28,580 nt of DNA from a virus (Duplodnaviria; Caudoviricetes): positions 1 to 28,580 of IMG/VR virus record IMGVR_UViG_3300042402_003545. The stretch is one strand, 5' to 3'. The position numbers and the translations under genes are program-made. Numbering within the stretch: the first letter of the stretch is position 1; every line of letters begins with the position of its first letter. The notes beneath the pieces were generated by a model. That model did no database searches and had not been told where the DNA came from. It worked only from the letters and a program-made list of their open reading frames with translations. Below are positions 19,501 through 26,892 of the stretch, in pieces.

Positions 19501-21510
19501 TACAGGTTCAGGTCTTCCTAAAAAGTCCGTTGATTTCCAGTTTGCACTCACAGATTCATTGAACGTTAACCCATATGGTGGGAACCACATGATTCTTCCA
19601 CTATTAGGTCCTCTTTCACATATTGGTAATTCAGCCACACTGAAACCTGGTGTTGCCGATGTTCTCCATGCTAAATTCTCAAGAGAGAACATATATTTTT
19701 TGGCGTAGGATACTCCAGCTGCAGTGTCTAGAACTAAGTTTGTAGAATCTTGACCACCTTCTCTTTTGTTGGGAGCTATGTTTAAGTTATATGTTGAGTC
19801 CATCACAGAGTATGCAAATTTTCTACCCTGTGTTGTCATACCATCGGTTTTTTGTAAATCATTGTATTGAAGATATGGAATATCTTTTGCAAATACTCTA
19901 CAATATTCTGTTCCAACTTCTTGTCCAATTGCACCAGTATAAGTCAACACCCTCGAACCTTTTGTCATTTCATTGTATCCATCATGGAACACCTTACTAA
20001 CTTGGTCAATCGCATTACCAACGTGTTGTAATCTTCTACCACCTTGAGGTTGGCTATCAATGAGTCTTTGTGTATCATCAAGGATTGAACCTTGTCTGAA
20101 TTCAATATTTGTAGACTCAGTGCTATTATATGATGATGGTTTGAAATCTTGGTCTTGGTCAGTTATTTCACCACCAATTCCAACTTTCTTACCTGCGTTG
20201 TCTTTATACTTCGGAGATACCCAAGTAAATCCTCCTTCGATACCGCCACCATTAGAGTATGTTGGTCCGTTAGGTCCTAATTTAATTTCTCTACTAACAC
20301 CTTCATAAAGTTGAGCTAACTCTGTTGGTCCATAAACAGGTGTTTCTTGTTCTTGTCCATAAGCATTTGTTGGAATGTCTCCACCAGGTGAAAAAACTCT
20401 CGAGGGGTCTGATGTTGTTGAACCCACATAGAAGTTACTGTTTGACTCAATAGTTCCTACTAAAGCACCCGCTAACCTATCGAACACTGTTCTCTGATAA
20501 TTCGGCTTATATTTGTTATAATCGATGTTATCAAATAATCTCGATTTTTGCCCACCACCAGTGTTGTTTAAAAATAATTGTGAACCAGATTTATCCGCAC
20601 CCACAAGTCTATTAAAAAACTTACCGACCGCAGACCTTCTGAACGCGTTAGTTAATTGTTGTATTGTGGTTGGTTGTCTTTGATTGATTGAAGGGTCGAA
20701 GTATGAACCAGGTATTGTTGAGGTTGGTATTATGCTTCCCGCTAATCTTAGAGCAAAATCCGTCGCAGCTAATATAGGATTCGCCGGAACTGTAATCTGA
20801 TAGTTTGGTTCAATCAATGGGACTCTACCTGTAATCAAATTAAGAATATCTGTTCCACCTCTTACATTGAAGGCATTGATTCTCCCAGTTGTATTTTGTC
20901 TAATTCCTGTTGCAATTCTTCTTTGAAATTCACCTCTCAAAGTTTCCGCACCTAACTTCGCAATGAATGAATCTTGAGATAAAAGACCATTTGTTCCTTG
21001 TGGGTCTGGTGATAATAGAATTGAAACGGGGCTGTAATCCGAAGGAACAAAAGTTGAGGGGTAAGGTTGGTTGTTATATAAAGAAGTTGCTTGTGGTCTA
21101 TTTATTGAATCAAAGAATTCAGCACTATCTAATGGCAACTCTCCTCCATTGGAAAACACATTTAGGGGTTTCCATTTTTGTGATTCTAGGAGAGATTGTC
21201 CTAAAATGTTGGCATCTTGATATCCGTATTCACCTTCATTGGATTTAGTATTTAACAGTCCTCCAGGGTCAGGAACTTGTTCATAACCACCCTCATTACC
21301 ATATCTATTGAGTGGATATAATTTATTAGCAAAACTCGGCTCGTCAATCAAAGAATCGGGAGTATCAACAACTGATGTATCAGATTGAATATACTCATAA
21401 TTTGTTGGTGGCACAGTTTTTCTCGGAGACTTAGAATATGGTGCTAAGTTCTTAGTTATAAGTTTTTTTCTGAACCCTTCTGAGCTAACTAAATCTAACG
21501 GACTACCCAT
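16525..21510 (-). CDS. Large baseplate/tube-initiator-like protein with an internal OmpA-C-like domain
   Basis: Tube-fold-like segments FPPYGLTFNESVSANWKSTDFLGRPEPVYTYTNTQRTGSLTW and APPVLVLRIGDFYNTKII...PMIANITMSF flank the OmpA-like LYFPNND...ITLEGSAS...YNLTLSERRIDSVIKFF...GE...RRVSI; sits between tape measure and LysM genes. Confidence 0.6.
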   Translation of the reverse strand: MGSPLDLVSSEGFRKKLITKNLAPYSKSPRKTVPPTNYEYIQSDTSVVDTPDSLIDEPSFANKLYPLNRYGNEGGYEQVPDPGGLLNTKSNEGEYGYQDANILGQSLLESQKWKPLNVFSNGGELPLDSAEFFDSINRPQATSLYNNQPYPSTFVPSDYSPVSILLSPDPQGTNGLLSQDSFIAKLGAETLRGEFQRRIATGIRQNTTGRINAFNVRGGTDILNLITGRVPLIEPNYQITVPANPILAATDFALRLAGSIIPTSTIPGSYFDPSINQRQPTTIQQLTNAFRRSAVGKFFNRLVGADKSGSQLFLNNTGGGQKSRLFDNIDYNKYKPNYQRTVFDRLAGALVGTIESNSNFYVGSTTSDPSRVFSPGGDIPTNAYGQEQETPVYGPTELAQLYEGVSREIKLGPNGPTYSNGGGIEGGFTWVSPKYKDNAGKKVGIGGEITDQDQDFKPSSYNSTESTNIEFRQGSILDDTQRLIDSQPQGGRRLQHVGNAIDQVSKVFHDGYNEMTKGSRVLTYTGAIGQEVGTEYCRVFAKDIPYLQYNDLQKTDGMTTQGRKFAYSVMDSTYNLNIAPNKREGGQDSTNLVLDTAAGVSYAKKYMFSLENLAWRTSATPGFSVAELPICERGPNSGRIMWFPPYGLTFNESVSANWKSTDFLGRPEPVYTYTNTQRTGSLTWKIVVDHPSVLNVIVNKVLSNETNKNRVNSILESFFAGCRKYDLYELAKKYYTVSPGELNELQQIINSGDLSKEQLGFIRDSVATGKDNSGNQATLVAEPSQNTPSDDLKQFQNFSLYFPNNDPVKGTVSSYPSYYQIYQGQKGSANYNKEDLQNFFTNVIEKNYDEVQNNFFVQLASTLNNNPNRIVTITLEGSASGAGTSPYNLTLSERRIDSVIKFFQSEPALSKLINLGRIKFKQVPKGENANAKRWEPKEGKFVETTFNCSDSDDSESVNNNTQIYSLSAMGCRRVSISSIVATTGVPNQQPAQPSQPAGGPGNEPVRPISGQNIETKIKKPDNITKRVLRTLLSECDYFETIKEETPMVFDSLKEKLKFFQPAFHSTTPEGLNSRLTFLQQCMRPGDTIPTVKEVGGKQELQFNDAVNTAFGAPPVLVLRIGDFYNTKIIPDGLQISYESLDINPEGIGVQPMIANITMSFKFVGGSGLKESIDKLQNALTFNYYANTEMWDDRADVTDDSLKVLDKEFLQLVNQAAAPTVNQVPNLNGQSNENTIGDRITTVVTASGETGTISYQQFMDNFVSTTQTYFQTVVNKSKDALNQYNNAILQNWSSARIYTKGHFLVEPSEDVYLFGKPDSIQQIIDKVTNDFVINIESTSNDEKTQDPFMFFMTRTERQFNEKAIRELRKNFVNYVKNKKGTFQNALTKINQDMVNAQQTYLQFVSRANTAPYNTGPGTPQLDGLQEKNGFLKLYKVSGTTQVSAGSTAANTQIEMTDDIKKIKTNLNEFYTLSTSSTEFNYQGNSYKGNLVYGETKENTTAKSLESVVFNQYSKDDVFTKLPFKREYMLLSNDLKSENYQTFKNSLIGNIIGNTRLLGNGNPNISQEFDNYWTGIAKPLFEKENALTQAFLNEMETNKLKNFIKYTPFQSKTRLFDYELNTNPSDNEKKLIKALGASTNQSTDKATWNDPQGTIFISKVKLN

Positions 21511-21523
21511 TAATTGTTTTTAT

Positions 21524-21531
21524 TATAAATA
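21524..21531 (-). promoter_or_regulatory. TATTTATA upstream motif
   Basis: Exact motif 13 nt upstream of ATG 21510. Confidence 0.55.
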
Positions 21532-21545
21532 GGTTATTCCTATTT

Positions 21546-23408
21546 TTATTTTACCCTACCAGGTGTAACTTTTGATTGTTCTGCAACAATTTCGAATATT
21601 CTTTCCTTAAGTGTTACTGAACCTTTGTTCAAGATTTCTTCAATAATTTTAGAATCTGCACCTGTTGCCGTTACGTTTATATCAATTTTTCCACTTATTG
21701 GTTTGACTTCAATAGTCTCGTTTACAGTAACACCACCTCCTGTCGCACCAGTTTTTCCTGTTGAAACGCTTTCAGCGGCTTTGTTTCTACCAAATATAAA
21801 ATCTTCATTTATTTTAATCCCACCTGTCCCTTTCTCTGGTTTGGTTTTTTCTAACTCAGGGCTTGTTTTTTCTAGTTTCAAATCTTTGAATAATCCTTCT
21901 ATCGATTTCATACTAATTGGTAAAGCCCCTTTACCTAATTCATCAAAAACTTTTTTCGCCCCTCCTATGAGCTTTGTTCCTGTTTGTTTTGCCGTTTCTA
22001 CTATATTATTGAAAATCTCCTCCCTTTTTGCTGGGTCATCTTTCGCAGCATACAGGTCTTTTGAAAGTTTTTCAAATCTATTGGTCAGAGTTTTATCTGC
22101 ATCTGTTTTGTCTGCCGCACCCTTAAGTCCCTCTCTCAATGATTTTGTTGTTTCTGAAAGATTTTTAATTGCTGTTGGGTTGCCAGTTATGGCTCTGAGA
22201 ATTTTTTCATTGATTTCTTTCAAACTAGCAGCCATGCTCTCTTGAGTGGTCAATTGGTTCCTTTGAACTTCTTCTATATTTTGAGGTTTTGTTTTTTCAG
22301 CATCCAATGTCGCTTTAAGTTGTTGTTCATTAACATCGGCTAACTTTTTATACACATCTTTACCATCTTCTTTGACCTTTATTTCATATCCGCCTTTGCC
22401 CATTCTGGATAAATTTGTAATCAACTTCTGGTCATCTTCACTGAATCCGGCAATCTTACCCGTTTTTTTAATGTCACCAAGTCTTTTATCAAAATCTGCG
22501 GCTGAAAGAGCCGCTTCCCTCATTACCTTTGCACTTACACCTGTTTGTTGTTCCATCTCTCTCAAAGTCAAAATACCTTGAGGGTTAATTTTGAATTGTT
22601 TTGCTTCCTCATCAAAATATGTAAATTGTTTTGCCACATTAATTAACGAATCTTGAAGACCTGATGGGTCATTAATGGATTGATTCATTAACATGAATGG
22701 GTCTGTTAAATTACCCGCAGATACACCTAATCGTTGAAAGGCTGATGCCACCTCAATTGCTTTGTCGGGGTCCAATACTCTGTCAGCCAACTCGAAGGTT
22801 TGTTTCATGTCAAATCTTAACATGGATGCTTGTGCCGCCATTTTCGTCAAACCTTGAACTCCTCCCGCAAAATTGAAACGTGATAATTGGTCTGTGTTTG
22901 CCAAAACGTCTGCCATAACATTTTTAGCATTGACACCAATACTATTGGCATAATTTATTGATTCCAACACTTTTTCAGATATGTCGGAATACATGACACC
23001 AACTTTGGCAAAAGAATCCACAATGGTTGTAACGTCCTTTTTTAATATCTCACTAGTTGAGAATAGTTCTTTAACATCTTCTTTTGATGCTATAACGTTT
23101 CTTCTAGATGCTTTAGCAACTGATTCTAATGTTTTACCCGCATCTTCAAATTTACCTCCAAGTCCTTGTATTTCGGGTCCAACGTTGGTAATCTCCGTCA
23201 TGAATTCTTGAACCCTGGCTCGGTTGCCTATAAAAGATTTATTTAAACCGTCTGCAGCAGCCGTTATTTTGTTAATTGCGTTAGGAATTTCATAGATGGG
23301 GTCTAAAAGTCTTGTAAGTTCTGCCTTTAATTCAGTTACAACCGCTGTAATATCCTTAATATTATTGAGTTCTTTTTCACTTGATGAACTAACACCTTCA
23401 GTTTGCAT
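21546..23408 (-). CDS. Tape measure-like protein
   Basis: Ala/Lys/Glu-rich, helical-looking 620-aa protein with no Cys or Trp, directly downstream of tube and chaperone genes, which is the usual tape-measure position. Confidence 0.65.
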   Translation of the reverse strand: MQTEGVSSSSEKELNNIKDITAVVTELKAELTRLLDPIYEIPNAINKITAAADGLNKSFIGNRARVQEFMTEITNVGPEIQGLGGKFEDAGKTLESVAKASRRNVIASKEDVKELFSTSEILKKDVTTIVDSFAKVGVMYSDISEKVLESINYANSIGVNAKNVMADVLANTDQLSRFNFAGGVQGLTKMAAQASMLRFDMKQTFELADRVLDPDKAIEVASAFQRLGVSAGNLTDPFMLMNQSINDPSGLQDSLINVAKQFTYFDEEAKQFKINPQGILTLREMEQQTGVSAKVMREAALSAADFDKRLGDIKKTGKIAGFSEDDQKLITNLSRMGKGGYEIKVKEDGKDVYKKLADVNEQQLKATLDAEKTKPQNIEEVQRNQLTTQESMAASLKEINEKILRAITGNPTAIKNLSETTKSLREGLKGAADKTDADKTLTNRFEKLSKDLYAAKDDPAKREEIFNNIVETAKQTGTKLIGGAKKVFDELGKGALPISMKSIEGLFKDLKLEKTSPELEKTKPEKGTGGIKINEDFIFGRNKAAESVSTGKTGATGGGVTVNETIEVKPISGKIDINVTATGADSKIIEEILNKGSVTLKERIFEIVAEQSKVTPGRVK

Positions 23409-23425
23409 AATAAATTATCTTTTCT

Positions 23426-23433
23426 TATAAATA
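23426..23433 (-). promoter_or_regulatory. TATTTATA upstream motif
   Basis: Exact motif 17 nt upstream of ATG 23408, 3 nt downstream of a hairpin. Confidence 0.55.
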
Positions 23434-23436
23434 GAT

Positions 23437-23459
23437 AAAGGACTAAAATTTAGTCCTTT
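23437..23459 (-). terminator. 10-bp hairpin overlapping the stop of the small +1-frame ORF
   Basis: AAAGGACTAA-att-TTAGTCCTTT followed by ATCTATTT on the minus strand. Confidence 0.55.
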
Positions 23460-23629
23460 CTATTAGTTTCTATCCATTTATCCAAGAGATATTTTCTCAT
23501 AAAAATTGGCATTGAGATAAAATCTTGGTATGTAATCTTTAGTAATGTATTCAAATAAAAGAATTCATCGAGTTGTCCTTTCCTATAATCAGAAGAAAGG
23601 GCGAAAAAATTCAACCCCAAAACCAACAT
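23450..23629 (-). CDS. Small ORF absent from the ORF track (59 aa from ATG 23629); probable frameshift extension (gpGT-like) of the tail assembly chaperone
   Basis: Manual translation: MLVLGLNFFALSSDYRKGQLDEFFYLNTLLKITYQDFISMPIFMRKYLLDKWIETNRKD*. It fills the otherwise empty 180-nt gap, overlaps the upstream gene in the +1 frame, and YQDFISMPIFMRKYLL resembles chaperone C-terminal extensions. Confidence 0.7.
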   Translation of the reverse strand: MLVLGLNFFALSSDYRKGQLDEFFYLNTLLKITYQDFISMPIFMRKYLLDKWIETNRKD

Positions 23630-24332
23630 TAACCGCTAGTCTTTCTCCTGATGGGGCTATTACTTCTTTGAACATGTTAAGTCTTGGTTCATTCTCGTTC
23701 ATGAACGTTCTTATGTATTTTGAGTCTGATATAGGCATTTGTTCAATAAACTTAATAATTTCTACCTTATCTGTAGTTCCATTAATTTCAACAATTTGTC
23801 TCTGTAATCTCCAAGTAATTCTTGGCGCAACTCTACCAACAGGGTAGCTGTCAATCATTTTGGAAATTTCATTAATTTCACCATAAGTTAATGGTTTCAA
23901 CTTAACCGTAGCACCTGACTTTGGTAGTGTTGTTACAAACGTTCCGTCTTCTGATGGTTCTTGTCCTTTAATAATTGGAAGAGAATCAAGGACTATTTTA
24001 GCCGAGAATTGTTTTTTTGTTGTAGGGTCTGTCAAAGACATGTCTATTTCAGGACCAAAAGATGTATTTCTTAGAAACACCAAAATAGCTTCAATGTCTC
24101 CTTCCAACAAATCATCTATTCTAACATCTGGTTCATAAATTTTAGACCTCAATAAAGTTGCTGTGATGTCATCAGCACCTCCCATGAGAATGTTCTCATC
24201 AGATGCAGTCAGATAACCAACTTTGAGTGCTTTCTTTTTATTTTTATAAAAGGCTCCTTGTGATGGTAGGGGCACCATGTCGTGTGGTAATGTGAAATTT
24301 TCTTGACCGTAGTCTCTTGTTTGATTTTCCAT
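23589..24332 (-). CDS. Tail/baseplate assembly chaperone (T4 gp26-like hub assembly family)
   Basis: VPLPSQGAFY, YLTASDENIL, DLLEGDIEAILVFLRNTSFG, TLPKSGATVKLKPLT, MPISDSKYIR, C-terminal FFRP; located between tube and tape measure. Confidence 0.75.
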   Translation of the reverse strand: MENQTRDYGQENFTLPHDMVPLPSQGAFYKNKKKALKVGYLTASDENILMGGADDITATLLRSKIYEPDVRIDDLLEGDIEAILVFLRNTSFGPEIDMSLTDPTTKKQFSAKIVLDSLPIIKGQEPSEDGTFVTTLPKSGATVKLKPLTYGEINEISKMIDSYPVGRVAPRITWRLQRQIVEINGTTDKVEIIKFIEQMPISDSKYIRTFMNENEPRLNMFKEVIAPSGERLAVNVGFGVEFFRPFF

Positions 24333-24334
24333 AT

Positions 24335-24371
24335 AAAAAAAATAACCGTAAAGTTTATGTCTTTACGGTTA
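24335..24371 (-). terminator. Intrinsic terminator after the tail tube gene
   Basis: Minus strand TAACCGTAAAG-acataaa-CTTTACGGTTA-TTTTTTTT (11-bp stem). Confidence 0.8.
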
Positions 24372-24404
24372 AATATAATTAGTATTGATTTTTTGTATAT
24401 AGTA

Positions 24405-24893
24405 TTAGTATACTAACACACAACGGTCAGGACGAAGACTGGCTGAAATGTCTGCCAAAGCGTCTGTGTTGTAAGCTAACGTTCCAAAGTTTACACTTGT
24501 TAAGAATGTTCCGTATAAAATCCACTTTTCCACAACAACTCCTGTTGGGTCCAAAAGTTCAAGGTCGATATCTCTCTTGTATCCCGCAGCATAACCCATA
24601 CGACCTGTCACAGATTCAGCGTGTAGACGAACCCACTCCATAAGTGCTTGAGCCGCAGAAGGCCCAATTGGGTCTCTGAATTTAACAGGGATTTCGTCCC
24701 AAGTGAATCTACCAGCTACATATGTAGAAGTATTTAAGAATTGAATTTCTGTAGATGCGATTTTGATTGATGGTCTTGAAGTTGATTCAACGAACCACTC
24801 ATTTATACCCAAGCTCGAAGGAAATCTTAGAATGAATCGATTCTGGCGTTTCGGTTCGTAGGGTATCGGCATTTTCATTAATAAATCAGCCAT
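24405..24893 (-). CDS. Tail tube protein, T4 gp19-like
   Basis: YEPKRQNRFIL, YVAGRFTWDEIPVKFRD, LMEW, YKRDIDLELLDPTGVVVEKWILYGTF; 162 aa; downstream of the sheath gene. Confidence 0.9.
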   Translation of the reverse strand: MADLLMKMPIPYEPKRQNRFILRFPSSLGINEWFVESTSRPSIKIASTEIQFLNTSTYVAGRFTWDEIPVKFRDPIGPSAAQALMEWVRLHAESVTGRMGYAAGYKRDIDLELLDPTGVVVEKWILYGTFLTSVNFGTLAYNTDALADISASLRPDRCVLVY

Positions 24894-24928
24894 GTTATAT
24901 TAGTTTTGTTTTTTTCTTGTTTATATGT

Positions 24929-24936
24929 TATAAATA
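24929..24936 (-). promoter_or_regulatory. TATTTATA upstream motif
   Basis: Exact motif 35 nt upstream of the tube ATG. Confidence 0.55.
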
Positions 24937-24988
24937 TAGTCTTGTGGAAAAATATATTACTTTACTTTTTTTTCTAAAAGAATATTCT

Positions 24989-25819
24989 TTATTTAACTTC
25001 CTTTTTAAATCCTCCAGCTGTAGAATAAGTCTTAACTAGATTATCTGGTTTATCTTTAAAATGTTTACTCATTACTTCTACGTTTTTAGGGTCATCGTCT
25101 GAAAATCCTATAACTGGTTTAGCTGGAACAAATTTATTACCTATATCTTTTTTAAGAAATGCTTTCTTATTTAATACAGCAGCCATTCCTTTAATATAAC
25201 TTACAAAATCATCCATCGCCATAACCTTTAATTCTTCAGGACTAGCCGCACCCCCTTCGTCTCCAAAAGAAACGGGGTGGTATTTGTTGAGTTCTAAATA
25301 AGACTTGATTAAGTCATCATCACTCATTTCTTCCTCATCGACGAAAGACCTATATTTTCTAAGGTTCTTCAGGAGACTCTCCTTACTAATACCATTAAAA
25401 TCATTTATAATATAATTGTAGACAGCCTCTTTCAGTGTGTTGGGGTTGTGACCTCTTGCCGTGATGATTGCAAATATTGAACCATTATTGATTGCTTCTC
25501 TAAAATCATCGAATGCAGGTCCAAGTTTGGCTTTCATTGCGTCAACCAAAAATTGTTTGTCTCCCTCAGTTCTAAAGTTTCTGAATGGATTGTTAGCAAA
25601 TCCCACAATAGTCTTCCCTTTATATTCTACAGGACCCTTACCTATTTCACTTCTATATTCCGCAAAGTCTTCTGTGCTCATTCCAAACTCTTCACCATCA
25701 TCCGTCTTAAGAACGATTTTTGTTGGCATATGAACAATATTATCGTCCCAATCGAACGCATAATATTTCATATCTGGACTATTAGGTTCTTTAAAACCTT
25801 CTTTAATAACTCTTAACAT
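24989..25819 (-). CDS. HAD-superfamily phosphatase-like protein (probable start ATG 25819, 276 aa)
   Basis: Motif I YAFDWDDNI, motif II AIITARGH, K in EELK, motif IV GFSDDDPKN. The track's start at 25960 overlaps the upstream gene, whereas ATG 25819 is in frame and follows a TATTTATA motif. Confidence 0.72.
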   Translation of the reverse strand: MLRVIKEGFKEPNSPDMKYYAFDWDDNIVHMPTKIVLKTDDGEEFGMSTEDFAEYRSEIGKGPVEYKGKTIVGFANNPFRNFRTEGDKQFLVDAMKAKLGPAFDDFREAINNGSIFAIITARGHNPNTLKEAVYNYIINDFNGISKESLLKNLRKYRSFVDEEEMSDDDLIKSYLELNKYHPVSFGDEGGAASPEELKVMAMDDFVSYIKGMAAVLNKKAFLKKDIGNKFVPAKPVIGFSDDDPKNVEVMSKHFKDKPDNLVKTYSTAGGFKKEVK

Positions 25820-25823
25820 ATTA

Positions 25824-25831
25824 TATAAATA
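25824..25831 (-). promoter_or_regulatory. TATTTATA upstream motif
   Basis: Exact motif 4 nt upstream of ATG 25819. Confidence 0.55.
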
Positions 25832-25838
25832 TCCTTTT

Positions 25839-26888
25839 TTAATAAAGGGCAAATAACTCAAACATTCTTGTTCCGTTTTCAAACTTTCCTTTAATTCTCT
25901 TGTCATTAGGAACATTGTTTTTTTCCCCAATTTTAACACAAGATTCACAAGTTTTCTCATTATTCAGGTTAACAGCAAATGTCAATCTTTTGACAGGTTC
26001 TTTGGTTTCATCTAAACTAAATGTTAGCTCTCGATTATCCATATCGATGTCTACTGAATCAAAATCAACCTTAAGACCAACAGTTTTACTTCTTATGTTA
26101 TCTAAAAATTCCTGTAAATCTTTACCCGTTATCTTAATTTTTTCTTTGATTTTTGTCGTATTGTTAATTTTTGGTTCAGGTTGAGTGACAGGTTTTTGTT
26201 TCACAACGGAGATATTTTTTGAAGTCGATGGTGTTGTCGTTGACGACCCTCCACTCGAACATTCATTATAATAGTCTTGTAAAGCTGTGGGTCTGAATTT
26301 CCAAGAATTATCATAAGAACCTTGTGCTTTATTATTAATTGCTGTAGAAACATATTGTTTATCCAAAACATTCAAATAACGGTTGTAGACTTGGTCCCAA
26401 CTCCCTTTAAAATTTATAATTTCACTTATTGCATTCGAGTTTTCAACACTACCCTTTTTCGACACTTTAAGTCTATAACTTTGAGCTTCAGAATCATCTT
26501 TGAATTTACCCATGTTCATTGCTTGACTTAATCCCGCCAACCACTTTAGAGTTCCATCAGACGCATCAGTGCTGTTGAACATCCAAGACCAAATCTGCAT
26601 TTTTAGTTTTTCAGGGAAAGAGTTGAACACATCTAATCCAATGGTTGATTCGATGTTCTTACTTATCATATCATCATAGTCTTTGAATTTTGTTTCAAAG
26701 TAATTATCCCCCATTGACTTACCCAAAGTAGAACCAGAGGTTTCTTCAAATCTTTCGATAGCTCTATAACCACAATGATTTAATAAAGAACCATCATACT
26801 TTTTCATGTATTTTTGTTCTGTCACCAATCCATACATTCTACGGATTTCATCGATTTCTGATTCACTGATAATCAATTTTTTTCTCAT
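25839..26888 (-). CDS. Hypothetical protein (349 aa) with a possible divergent lysozyme-like N-terminal domain, S/T/P linker and C-terminal domain
   Basis: Leader MRKKLIISESEIDEIRRMYGLVTEQ; AIERFEE and FNSFPEKLKMQIWSWMFNS recall lysozyme-fold motifs; SSGGSSTTTPSTS linker. Confidence 0.6.
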   Translation of the reverse strand: MRKKLIISESEIDEIRRMYGLVTEQKYMKKYDGSLLNHCGYRAIERFEETSGSTLGKSMGDNYFETKFKDYDDMISKNIESTIGLDVFNSFPEKLKMQIWSWMFNSTDASDGTLKWLAGLSQAMNMGKFKDDSEAQSYRLKVSKKGSVENSNAISEIINFKGSWDQVYNRYLNVLDKQYVSTAINNKAQGSYDNSWKFRPTALQDYYNECSSGGSSTTTPSTSKNISVVKQKPVTQPEPKINNTTKIKEKIKITGKDLQEFLDNIRSKTVGLKVDFDSVDIDMDNRELTFSLDETKEPVKRLTFAVNLNNEKTCESCVKIGEKNNVPNDKRIKGKFENGTRMFELFALY

Positions 26889-26892
26889 AACA

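Noticed and set aside
21625-22245. 206-aa plus-strand ORF
   Set aside because: Lies fully antisense to the tape-measure-like gene; its Ser/Phe/Leu-rich composition is what the reverse complement of Lys/Glu-rich codons gives.
25820-25960. N-terminal 47 aa of the 323-aa ORF as called in the track
   Set aside because: Overlaps the 349-aa gene; ATG 25819 behind the TATTTATA motif is the better start.
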